From: Dehalococcoidales bacterium | GTDB lineage: Bacteria; Chloroflexota; Dehalococcoidia; Dehalococcoidales; DAOWJC01 | Assembly: GCA_034411815.1 (NCBI GenBank) | Contig: DAOUMH010000005.1 | Location: 1-49,220, forward strand | Direction of reading: 5' to 3' | Length of the DNA: 49,220 nucleotides | Part shown: positions 35,286 to 43,793 of the stretch, one piece after another | Position numbering within the stretch: the first letter of the stretch is position 1 | Layout: the number at the start of each line of letters is the position of its first letter | The notes under the pieces: generated by a model | What the model was told of the DNA's origin: nothing | The model's input: only the letters and a program-made list of their open reading frames with translations | Databases searched by the model: none | Program-made: the position numbers and the translations under genes

Positions 35286-36287
35286 ATGGTTGCTTTATAT
35301 ATAACCTCCCTAGACAAGGGTACGGGTAAAACCGCAATTTGCGCCGGGCTAGGCAAGCACTTGCGGGCTGACGGCAAGAAGATTGGCTACCTCAAACCGA
35401 ATATCAATAAAAATAGCGAGGAAGTCATTGACAGCGATGCCTGGTTTATCAAACAGCTTTTCAACCTGGAGGAATCTACAGACCTGATCTGCCCTGTTAT
35501 CGGTGATGAGAGCAACCCGGCCCAGGAGATTAAGGAGGTCTATGCCAGAGTCTCTCAGGGTAAGGATGTGATTATCATAGAAGGAGTGTATGACCAGAGT
35601 ATAGCCGAAGCTCTAGCCGCCAAAGTAATCGTTGTAGAAAGTGACTCCAAAAAGCTGCTCAAGGCCGGGGCCAGCAGGTACAAGGATCTGGCGGATAACC
35701 TGCTGGGTGTAGTATTAAATAAGGTGCCAAGCAGCCAGGTGGAGCGAGTGCATAGTGAGTTGTCAGCCCAACCTGACGAAGCAAGAGTAAATATACTAGG
35801 GGTGCTGCCTGAAGATAGAACCCTATTTACACTAACTATAGGCGAGCTGGCTGAGCATATTCAAGGGGAAATACTAAACTGCCCCGAGAAGACAACCGAG
35901 CTGGCAGAAAACTTTATGCTCGGGGCAATGTGTGTCGACCCAGGACCTGAATACTTTGGCCGCAAGGACAACAAGGTAGTTGTAGTTAGAGGTGAGCGCC
36001 CTGACATGCAACTGGCAGCCTTAGAGACATCAACCAAGGGGCTCATCCTCAGCGGCAACAGGACACCAACGCCAGACGTTCTATCCAGAGCAAAGACTAA
36101 AGAAATCCCCATTATTCTAGCCCAGCAGGATGATACCACTTCCATAGTGACCAGCATTGAAGATGCACTAAGCAAAACCGGTTTTCACCATGAAAACAAG
36201 TTACCGAAACTCACTGAAATTATGGAGCAGTACTTTAACTTCCAAGCAATATATAAAGAGTTGGGTTTATCCTCTTCTCATTCCTAA
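35286..36287 (+). CDS. Phosphotransacetylase N-terminal-like protein (BioD-like P-loop + DRTGG domain), no PTA catalytic domain
   Basis: 333 aa. The P-loop 'SLDKGTGKTAICAGLG' and overall resemblance to COG0857-type proteins support the call. Recognition is moderate. Confidence 0.6.
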   Translation: MVALYITSLDKGTGKTAICAGLGKHLRADGKKIGYLKPNINKNSEEVIDSDAWFIKQLFNLEESTDLICPVIGDESNPAQEIKEVYARVSQGKDVIIIEGVYDQSIAEALAAKVIVVESDSKKLLKAGASRYKDLADNLLGVVLNKVPSSQVERVHSELSAQPDEARVNILGVLPEDRTLFTLTIGELAEHIQGEILNCPEKTTELAENFMLGAMCVDPGPEYFGRKDNKVVVVRGERPDMQLAALETSTKGLILSGNRTPTPDVLSRAKTKEIPIILAQQDDTTSIVTSIEDALSKTGFHHENKLPKLTEIMEQYFNFQAIYKELGLSSSHS

Positions 36288-36380
36288 GGTGAGGATAACT
36301 AAGATATCAAAGGCCTTCTTGTAGTGGATTGGCATCTCGTCCAAGGCTCTCCCACTATCACCTTGCTACTTCTATACGTA

Positions 36381-36410
36381 TTGCTAAAATTAGAAAAACT
36401 GTTATACAAT
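36381..36410 (+). promoter_or_regulatory. Sigma70-like promoter(s) for speH-speE
   Basis: TTGCTA (36381-36386), an 18-nt spacer, then TACAAT (36405-36410). A second candidate lies just upstream: TTGCTA 36363-36368, a 16-nt spacer, then TAAAAT 36385-36390. Confidence 0.4.
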
Positions 36411-36476
36411 CTGGCCTGTGCCTGGTTTGCCTTAGAGGCCAAGGTGCTAATAAAATCTTCTAAGGAGGGTAGGTGA

Positions 36477-36878
36477 TTGAATGCATTAGGAAAACATTTA
36501 CTTCTAGAGCTGAAAGGTTGCAACAAGGAGGTAGTAAATGACCCGGGCTTTCTCAGAGACGCCTTGCTAGCAGCGGCAGCTGAATGCGGGGCCACAGTAC
36601 TAGGGGAATCCTTCCACCAATTTAAACCTCAAGGGGTAAGCGGGGTGGTGATTATTGCTGAGTCCCATCTATTCATCCACAGCTGGCCGGAGCATGACTA
36701 CGTTGCCGCCGATATCTTTACCTGCGGCAACTCTGTCCGACCGGAGAAGGCAGCAGAGGTGCTGATAAGAAAGCTCGATGCCAAAAATCACTCCATAATG
36801 GAATTACAACGAGGGATTCTAAACTCCGATCAGAGTGATTTAGTGGTCTGGGATAAAGGCTATGAATACAGGCCCTGA
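36477..36878 (+). CDS. speH: S-adenosylmethionine decarboxylase proenzyme (small, pyruvoyl-dependent type)
   Basis: 133 aa with a TTG start 7 nt after AAGGAGGG. 'LGKHLLLELKGC' and the self-cleavage site context 'IIAESHLFIHSWPE' are present. Confidence 0.88.
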   Translation: MNALGKHLLLELKGCNKEVVNDPGFLRDALLAAAAECGATVLGESFHQFKPQGVSGVVIIAESHLFIHSWPEHDYVAADIFTCGNSVRPEKAAEVLIRKLDAKNHSIMELQRGILNSDQSDLVVWDKGYEYRP

Positions 36879-37782
36879 TAAATGGTTTTACGATAGAGTA
36901 AGCCGCAATTTAATCCAACTGCATAGCATTGAAGCAGTGCTATATAGCAAGCAGACGAAGTTTCAATCCGCCGAAGTCATCCATAGTGGTGCTTTCGGCA
37001 AATGCCTGGTTCTGGATGGTAAGATTCAATCCAGCGAGGCCGATGAGTTCGTCTATCACGAGGCCTTGATCCAACCGCCAATGATAACCCATCCCTGCCC
37101 GGAGACAGTATTTATTGCCGGGGGCGGTGAAGGGGCTACCCTAAGGGAGGTACTACATCACAATACAGTAAAAAGAGCGGTGATGGTTGACATTGATGAA
37201 GAGGTAATAGCCATCTGCAAGAAGTACCTGCCCAACCACAGTCAGGGCTCTTTTGAAGACAAACGAACCGAACTATACCATACCGATGCCCGAGATTACC
37301 TAGCCAAATATGAAGGGAAATTTGATATAATCATTATTGATCTACCTGACCCCATAGAGGAAGGGCCAGCTTACCTACTCTACACTCAGGAATTTTATCA
37401 GCTAGCCCAAAACAAGCTTACTACCAACGGGATTATCTGTGTTCAGGCCGGGTCAGCATCCTGGGCTGAGCTACAGAACCTTACCGCAGTCAACAACACG
37501 CTGAAAAGCATTTTCCCTATAGTCCGTCCTTATCAGGTGGATGTTCCCTGCTTTGGTGGCCCATGGGGGTTTTGTCTGGCTTCGATGAATCTCAATCCCA
37601 CTATGCTTACAGCCAATGAGGTGGATAGCAGAATCTCAGCCCGTTCACTAACTGGTCTAAAATTTTATGATGGGTCGACCCACCAAGGGATGTTCTCCCT
37701 ACCCAAACACCTAAGGAACAAACTGGACAAACCAACCAAGCTTATAACCGATGACCAGCCTCTGTATATCTACCGTAGCTAA
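36862..37782 (+). CDS. speE: Spermidine synthase (polyamine aminopropyltransferase)
   Basis: 306 aa with 'GKCLVLDGKIQSSEADEFVYHE', 'VFIAGGGEGATLREVL', 'VDIDEEV' and 'IIIDLPDP'. It overlaps speH by 17 nt. Confidence 0.9.
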   Translation: MNTGPDKWFYDRVSRNLIQLHSIEAVLYSKQTKFQSAEVIHSGAFGKCLVLDGKIQSSEADEFVYHEALIQPPMITHPCPETVFIAGGGEGATLREVLHHNTVKRAVMVDIDEEVIAICKKYLPNHSQGSFEDKRTELYHTDARDYLAKYEGKFDIIIIDLPDPIEEGPAYLLYTQEFYQLAQNKLTTNGIICVQAGSASWAELQNLTAVNNTLKSIFPIVRPYQVDVPCFGGPWGFCLASMNLNPTMLTANEVDSRISARSLTGLKFYDGSTHQGMFSLPKHLRNKLDKPTKLITDDQPLYIYRS

Positions 37783-37794
37783 GCGACAACTCAG

Positions 37795-39009
37795 CTACTC
37801 AAAAACACCCTGATTAAAAAGGTCAACGAACTCCGTGTCACTCATCCCCAATATTTCCCGGCATACATATTCTGTATGCTGACCTAATATCGGTGCTGGC
37901 CTTTCTATGTCAGTGGGGGTCTTCGACAGGGTAAAACCTGCTGCCTCATAGTATTGCTTCCCTATCTCAGGATGCTCAAGCTGCCATAGGTAATGGCGGT
38001 ATGCCGATTGAGGGTCATTTTGTATATCGGCACCATTCTTTACCACACCTGCTGACACTCCTGCTGCTTGAAGCCTCTCCATCACTTCCTCAGCACTGAA
38101 GTTCTTCGTCCACTCCCCAAGCCTTTCATTTAGCTCCTCTTCATTTTCCTTGCGACCAAGAAGGGTAGCAAACTTTGCCTCCCCAACCCACTCAGGATTA
38201 CCCATGACCCGACACAAAGCATCCCACTCCTCATCGCTAAATACACCAATAGCACACCATCTCTCATCGCCCTGACAGGGATAAGCCCCGTGAGGAGCAG
38301 CATAGGGGCATCTATTCCCATCCCTAGTCCATATACGCTTATTTACCGTATAATCCAGAGCAACCGGTGACATAAAATGAACACCAGCCTCAAGCTGAGA
38401 AATATCAAGGTATTGCCCCTTACCGGTACGGCGGCGATAGTCAACAGCAGCCAGAACAGCCGCAACCTGGAAACGTGGTGCCAAAAAATCATTATAAGCC
38501 ATAAATGGTTGAGCCGGTACCCTATCCGGCCACCCGGTAATGTGGGATAAGCCAGAGTAGCCAACCACATGCATCCCGTAGCCAGCCCGCGCAGCCTCGG
38601 GCCCAGTCTGGCCCAGATTGGAGGAGGAATACATTATAATATCGGGCTTTATCTTCCTGAGTTCCTCATAGTCCAATCCACGTCTCTTCATCGCCCCGGG
38701 GGCAAAGTTCTCACCAACAACATCACTCCAGGCAACAAGCCTTTTGGCTATCTCTATTCCCTTGGGGTGACTCAGGTTAAGAGACATCCCGAACTTACCA
38801 CTATTAACACTGGTGTAAACTACAGCCCGGTTAATACCAGGCTTGTTATCCTTATAGGGTGGTATTGTCCTTATGGTATCAGGACGATGCACAGATTCAA
38901 TGCGAATCACCGTTGCTCCGTGCTGGGCAAGATAGAGCCCAACTATAGCCCCGGCAACCACCCAGGAAAACTCAGCAACCTTGAGTCCTTCCAATGCTTT
39001 CTTTGTCAC
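37795..39009 (-). CDS. Family III CoA-transferase (CaiB/BaiF-like)
   Basis: 404 aa with a GTG start after GGGAGAAG. 'LEGLKVAEFSWVVAGAIVGLYLAQHGATVIRIE' is the typical N-terminal Rossmann region of the family. Confidence 0.85.
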   Translation of the reverse strand: MTKKALEGLKVAEFSWVVAGAIVGLYLAQHGATVIRIESVHRPDTIRTIPPYKDNKPGINRAVVYTSVNSGKFGMSLNLSHPKGIEIAKRLVAWSDVVGENFAPGAMKRRGLDYEELRKIKPDIIMYSSSNLGQTGPEAARAGYGMHVVGYSGLSHITGWPDRVPAQPFMAYNDFLAPRFQVAAVLAAVDYRRRTGKGQYLDISQLEAGVHFMSPVALDYTVNKRIWTRDGNRCPYAAPHGAYPCQGDERWCAIGVFSDEEWDALCRVMGNPEWVGEAKFATLLGRKENEEELNERLGEWTKNFSAEEVMERLQAAGVSAGVVKNGADIQNDPQSAYRHYLWQLEHPEIGKQYYEAAGFTLSKTPTDIERPAPILGQHTEYVCREILGMSDTEFVDLFNQGVFE

Positions 39010-39025
39010 AGTTCTTCTCCCAAGC

Positions 39026-40282
39026 TCAAATGATGTTGCTTTGTTTCAAGATAAGAATCTCTTCACTAGAAATCCCCAACTCCCCATACACCTCATCATT
39101 ATGCTCACCAATAAGGGGTGACCGCCGTCGGATATTACAGGGCGTTTCCGTAGCCTTGATAAAGGCGCCGGGGTAGATAATGCTAGCTCCCAATTCAGGG
39201 TGTTCTACTTCCTCCCAGAACTCCCTGGCAGCAAGCTGGGAGTTTTCCACCACTCCCTTAGCATCCAAAATCGGGTAAATCATAATCCTTCTCTCCTGGG
39301 CCCCCGCACAAAGCTCATCAACCGTATGGGTCAGGAAAAACCTGCCAAGACGCTCTTCAACCTGGGCAATAAACTCTTCACTCACCGTGGCAAAATCAAA
39401 CTCTTCCCACTTTACATCCTTCAAGAAGGTATCAGCCATTCCCTCTGAATCCAGCCACTGGACTAAAGCACGGTTTTCATTAGCCCTGCTTGCCCCGCTC
39501 AGTAACTCGTAGCTTATGGCTCCTCCCTTACAGGGCCACGTCTGACGCCGGAGAACATGCATAAAAATCCCGCCCCGCCGAGGACCCTGACGAGGCCAAA
39601 TCTGATGGGTAAACTCCCAGAATTGGCGAACCTCAAACGGTAACCTGACTGCTGAATGCTGGATGGACACGTCTACCCATTGTCCTTCACCGGTTAGCTG
39701 GCGATAATAAAAGGCTATCATCGCTCCTGCTGCTGCTTCTATCCCAGCATTAAGATAAGCCTGGGGAAAAGTAATTCGGACTGGAGGACGGTCAGGGTCA
39801 CCAGTCACAAACATATAGCCACTCATAGCCATATCAACAATATCACAACCCTTATAATCCTTATAGGGGCCAGCCTGACCGAAGTGGCTGATTGAGGTCA
39901 GAATAATGCCCGGGTTTATTTTGCTTAGCGTTGAATACCCGAGGCCGATCTCTTCCATATAACCCGGTGAGAAGGACTCAATTACAAAGTCAGCCTTCTT
40001 GACTAACCTCTTAAAGAGCTCCTTCCCATCCCGGGTCTCTATATCCAGAGTTATACCCCGCTTATTGGAGTTGTAGGCAAACCAGTATAGACTCTTCTCT
40101 GGATCAGGAATATCTTTATAAAAGGGGCCGAGCCGCCTCGCCGGCTCACCCCCGGGCTTCTCTATTTTAATTACATCAGCCCCCAGGTCTCCTAGGACCT
40201 TGCCACACAAGAATCCCTTATCGTCAGTCAAGTCTAACACCCGGTAAGGGGCTAATGCCAACTCTGTCTGCACCTTGCTCAT
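39026..40282 (-). CDS. Family III CoA-transferase (CaiB/BaiF-like), second paralog
   Basis: The start is placed at the ATG at 40282 (MSKVQTEL...), 7 nt after AAGGAAGG, rather than the track's TTG at 40312. 'YRVLDLTDDKGFLCGKVLGDLGADVIKIEKPGG' is present. Confidence 0.85.
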   Translation of the reverse strand: MSKVQTELALAPYRVLDLTDDKGFLCGKVLGDLGADVIKIEKPGGEPARRLGPFYKDIPDPEKSLYWFAYNSNKRGITLDIETRDGKELFKRLVKKADFVIESFSPGYMEEIGLGYSTLSKINPGIILTSISHFGQAGPYKDYKGCDIVDMAMSGYMFVTGDPDRPPVRITFPQAYLNAGIEAAAGAMIAFYYRQLTGEGQWVDVSIQHSAVRLPFEVRQFWEFTHQIWPRQGPRRGGIFMHVLRRQTWPCKGGAISYELLSGASRANENRALVQWLDSEGMADTFLKDVKWEEFDFATVSEEFIAQVEERLGRFFLTHTVDELCAGAQERRIMIYPILDAKGVVENSQLAAREFWEEVEHPELGASIIYPGAFIKATETPCNIRRRSPLIGEHNDEVYGELGISSEEILILKQSNII

Positions 40283-40414
40283 ATAGCTACCTTCCTTCAG
40301 GTCAAAGGTCAAATGTCAACCTTAAACTTTTGCTGTATCAAAACAACAAAAATAAGAAATTCACCCAGCGCAGATAAACACCATGTGCCAGAAAGCCTAC
40401 AAGCTATCCACAGC

Positions 40415-41722
40415 TCACATCGTACTCGGAAGCCATGTGGCAAGCTGCGGGAAGAATACCAGCAATACCAATAATACTACAGCGGCCGCATAGAAGGGCA
40501 AGACCCCCCGGCTAACATCCATAACTGTAGCATCAGACTCAAGCGCCTGGGCAATGTAAAGGTTGACAGCTATCGGTGGTGTAATCATAGCCACCTCGGT
40601 TAAGACCACCGCCATTGTCCCGTACCAGATGGGGCTATAACCCAGTGTGACGATAGTAGGATAAAACAAGGGCACAAACAACACCAGCAAACCAATAACA
40701 TCCAAGACGCAGCCCAGAGCGATAAACAAAGCGATTATAACAAATATCAAAGGAATAGGGGCAAGCCCCCACCCCAGCAATATATCAGCTACATAGTCAG
40801 GGAAACCTGTCAAAGCCACAGTGGCAGAAAAAAGCATCGCCCCCATGATAATCAGCATCAGCATGGCAGTAATCCTCAGAGCCTCATACATGGAACCCAT
40901 AAACCTCTGCCAGTTTAGCCTTCTCATTGCCAGATTCAGAAGCACAACAAAGAGAACACCTATCCCGGCAGCCTCGGTAGGGCTGAACCATCCGTTATAG
41001 ATACCCATAATCATGCCGAGGAACAGGGCAAATATAGGAAGAGGCGCCTTAAGGGAGCTCAGCTTCTCCTTAAGTGAGAAGCTCACATCTGGTACCGGGG
41101 CTATACTTGGCCTCAACGATACCCAGATGTAAACCACGATGCTAAAGAGAACTGTCATAATTAAACCGGGAACTAAGCCGGCCATGAATACCTTACCCAC
41201 AGACTGATTGGTTAGGACACAGTAGAGGATGGCTGTTATGCTGGGCGGGATTAAAGAAGCCAATGTTCCGCAGACAGCTATTGAGCCAAGCCTCAACTCC
41301 CGACTATAGCCATACCTCTTTGTTTCAGGCACAGCAATGCCACCTATAGTAGCCACAGCAGCATTACTGGAACCGCTTACAGCACCAAAGGCAGCAGCAC
41401 TGAGCGTGGAGGCCATAGCCAGACCTCCCTTCCACTTACATAGCCATTTATAGAAACAATCAAAGGCATCCTTCCCCAATCCACATTGACCAACTATTGC
41501 CCCCAGCAATACAAACAGAGGAATCATACTCATCGTATAGCTATTAACATGAGTCCAAGCTGTGCTCGCCGCCAGAGATATAGCAGCCGAACCACCCAGG
41601 TAAAGCCAAGCAAATATAACACCCACTATCCCCATTGAAAAAGCAATGGGGACACTTGCCATGCACAGTAGAAGTAACGCCACAAATTCAATAAGCCCCC
41701 ACATTGGGGATGGATCTATCAT
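40415..41722 (-). CDS. dctM: TRAP transporter large permease
   Basis: 435 aa and polytopic (about 12 TM). It has DctM-like length and composition and follows the small permease gene. Confidence 0.85.
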   Translation of the reverse strand: MIDPSPMWGLIEFVALLLLCMASVPIAFSMGIVGVIFAWLYLGGSAAISLAASTAWTHVNSYTMSMIPLFVLLGAIVGQCGLGKDAFDCFYKWLCKWKGGLAMASTLSAAAFGAVSGSSNAAVATIGGIAVPETKRYGYSRELRLGSIAVCGTLASLIPPSITAILYCVLTNQSVGKVFMAGLVPGLIMTVLFSIVVYIWVSLRPSIAPVPDVSFSLKEKLSSLKAPLPIFALFLGMIMGIYNGWFSPTEAAGIGVLFVVLLNLAMRRLNWQRFMGSMYEALRITAMLMLIIMGAMLFSATVALTGFPDYVADILLGWGLAPIPLIFVIIALFIALGCVLDVIGLLVLFVPLFYPTIVTLGYSPIWYGTMAVVLTEVAMITPPIAVNLYIAQALESDATVMDVSRGVLPFYAAAVVLLVLLVFFPQLATWLPSTM

Positions 41723-41786
41723 CTAAACATCTATCCTCTCTCTAGAGTTGGCACTAGCTATCTCAATACCTCAGAGAAGGTACTTC

Positions 41787-42356
41787 CTAGTAAAGACCTT
41801 CATGCTCCACATCACGCCCGACCGCCTTGGCAATAAAGCCTATCAGAGACCGCAAAAGAACGAGGGAAAAATAAGCCATCCCTATAACAACGGTAAGCTC
41901 AAATGGGGCATAAGGTATCTCTAAAACCATCGTTCCCAGGCCAAAGGCACGGCTTGTTGCACTAAGCTCCCACATCCCCCAAGAAAGACTAACAACAAAA
42001 GTAATACCAAATAACACGGAAACCGCATCAAAAATAGCCCTCACACGTGGGCCTCGGTGGTCTCTGAGCAACCCAATACGCACATGCCCCCCCACATACC
42101 AACAATAGGCTAAGGCACAAATGCTCACTACAACCATTAAAACCTCTGATATCTCAAACCCACCGGCAAGCCATGACCCAGCCCAGGGAGAGCGACGGAC
42201 AACCACAGTCACCACGGTAACTAGGGTTAGCAAGACTACAGCTACAGTGGCAACCCAAGCCAGAATTTTAGAACCACCAAACAGGAACCTCCCTGTTACA
42301 ACTCTATCAATCTTCTTTAGCCAAGCTAACATCTTGTTTGGACTGTCTGAAGCCAT
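41787..42356 (-). CDS. dctQ: TRAP transporter small permease
   Basis: 189 aa with 4 predicted TM helices. It lies between the binding-protein gene and the large permease gene. Confidence 0.7.
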   Translation of the reverse strand: MASDSPNKMLAWLKKIDRVVTGRFLFGGSKILAWVATVAVVLLTLVTVVTVVVRRSPWAGSWLAGGFEISEVLMVVVSICALAYCWYVGGHVRIGLLRDHRGPRVRAIFDAVSVLFGITFVVSLSWGMWELSATSRAFGLGTMVLEIPYAPFELTVVIGMAYFSLVLLRSLIGFIAKAVGRDVEHEGLY

Positions 42357-42399
42357 CGCCCCCCCTTTCTGCCTTAGTTATTTTGTACTACTCTACTGC

Positions 42400-42440
42400 C
42401 ATGGGAGCTAGATAGTTCTCCATATACTGCAGCTCCCATG
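42400..42440 (-). promoter_or_regulatory. 10-bp perfect stem-loop in the dctP-dctQ intergenic spacer
   Basis: CATGGGAGCT (42400-42409) pairs with AGCTCCCATG (42431-42440) around a 21-nt loop. No U-tract follows on the coding (minus) strand. Confidence 0.5.
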
Positions 42441-42452
42441 CTTTTACCTCCG

Positions 42453-43568
42453 TCACCAGTACGTTACCTCCGTAGGAGCCGGATAGTCCTCCACATACTG
42501 TGGAGCCAGAGCTTTCACCTTCGTCACCAGCTCGGTCCCCGGCAGACCTAGAGCATCTATCTTCGCTGCCCAGTCATCCCACATTGGGTATTTGTACCCC
42601 GTCGTCAGACGCTCCATCTCAGACTGAGGCCAGACCGTAATAGTACAACCTGCTGCCTCCATATTTTCCAGGGCCATAATATCGCGCTCGTCTTCCTGTT
42701 TAACCTGTAATACTCCTAGGAACTCCCAGCCCCGGTCGTCAATCACCTTCTGCAGGTCAGCGGGCAGGCTTTCATAAGTCGCCAGACTCATCACAAGGTC
42801 GTTGGGGCCTGCTGGTAACCCACCTACATCAATGATATTCTTAGCCACCTCATACCAACCAGCCATCTCAATCCACACCGGGTTAATTACTGAAGCATCA
42901 AATATGCCTTTCTGCAAGCCCTCATAGGATTCGAAGAAGGCCATAGGAACACAAACCGCCCCTAGCTTATCCATTAGTTCTATAAACGAACTCGTTGCCG
43001 CCCTGAAAGTCATGCCTTGGAAGTCTTCTACCGTATCAATTGGGACCTTGCTAGCTATCCAGCACGCCGAGGTGGGTGTGTAGGCAATATCATGCAGACC
43101 TAAGGCAGTATACTCTGCCTCAAAATATTCATCGTGCAGATCATACGCCAGCATGGTAACCTGCTCAGCCGTTGACCACAACGGGGGGAGAGTCCATATC
43201 TCCTCCAATGTCCAGTACGCTCGGTTGTAACTAGGAATTGCAACCCCTATGTCAGCCACGCCTGCAATCAACCCATCAGGGGTCCCTGCCTGGCTCAGCA
43301 GTGACGAACTCGGATAGAGATCTATAAGGATTCTACCATCTGAGTCCTCTTCGACTGCATTCTTGAAGCCCAAGTACTGGGGCTCCCAGTTCCAGCTTGC
43401 TGAACTATCAAATGTAGAAAGCTTAAGCTTGTATACCTCTGGGGTTTCCCCTGGCCCTGATGGAGCCTCCGGGGTCCCTGGGCCTTCTCCCTGACAACCG
43501 ACGAATCCGAGACCCATGAGAGAGAGAACCATCACTGCCGCTAAAGCAATTTCTATCCCTCTTTTCAC
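42453..43568 (-). CDS. dctP: TRAP transporter substrate-binding lipoprotein (DctP-type)
   Basis: 371 aa with a GTG start 9 nt after AAGGAGG. It has a signal peptide with lipobox 'FVGC' and a DctP-like pattern ('KLKLSTFDS...', 'RILIDLYPSSSL'). Confidence 0.8.
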   Translation of the reverse strand: MKRGIEIALAAVMVLSLMGLGFVGCQGEGPGTPEAPSGPGETPEVYKLKLSTFDSSASWNWEPQYLGFKNAVEEDSDGRILIDLYPSSSLLSQAGTPDGLIAGVADIGVAIPSYNRAYWTLEEIWTLPPLWSTAEQVTMLAYDLHDEYFEAEYTALGLHDIAYTPTSACWIASKVPIDTVEDFQGMTFRAATSSFIELMDKLGAVCVPMAFFESYEGLQKGIFDASVINPVWIEMAGWYEVAKNIIDVGGLPAGPNDLVMSLATYESLPADLQKVIDDRGWEFLGVLQVKQEDERDIMALENMEAAGCTITVWPQSEMERLTTGYKYPMWDDWAAKIDALGLPGTELVTKVKALAPQYVEDYPAPTEVTYW

Positions 43569-43700
43569 TATATTATTTCCTCCTTGAATTAAGGTTCTTT
43601 ACCAGACAATTGTTCGTTATATCTGACTAATTAGCATCACCTCCCTTGCCTCTAAAATTACATATAAACTTACTTGCCTATCTGTAAAAATAGTAGACGA

Positions 43701-43730
43701 ATTCTAGTATAAAATTAAAACCTTTGTCAA
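43701..43730 (-). promoter_or_regulatory. Sigma70-like promoter for the TRAP/CoA-transferase operon
   Basis: Minus strand reads TTGACA (43725-43730), an 18-nt spacer, then TAGAAT (43701-43706). This implies a 5' UTR of about 125 nt before the dctP GTG. Confidence 0.5.
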
Positions 43731-43793
43731 GCCCCTAAAATCTCCGTCCGAGCCAGGATAAACCAGTGACTGAATTGCAAATGCAAAGCCACA

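Noticed and set aside
36412-36441. TGGCCT...AGGCCA hairpin in the speH leader as a polyamine-responsive element
   Set aside because: It has only a 6-bp stem with an 18-nt loop, which is easily a chance occurrence. It matches no known motif.
38569-39033. 154-aa plus-strand ORF, plus the small minus-strand ORFs at 38130-38570, within the CoA-transferase gene
   Set aside because: They are antisense or off-frame to a well-supported family III CoA-transferase and show no motifs.
40283-40312. TTG-initiated 10-codon extension of the second CoA-transferase
   Set aside because: The downstream ATG at 40282 has a well-spaced AAGGAAGG RBS. The TTG lies inside the heptamer repeat array and has no RBS.
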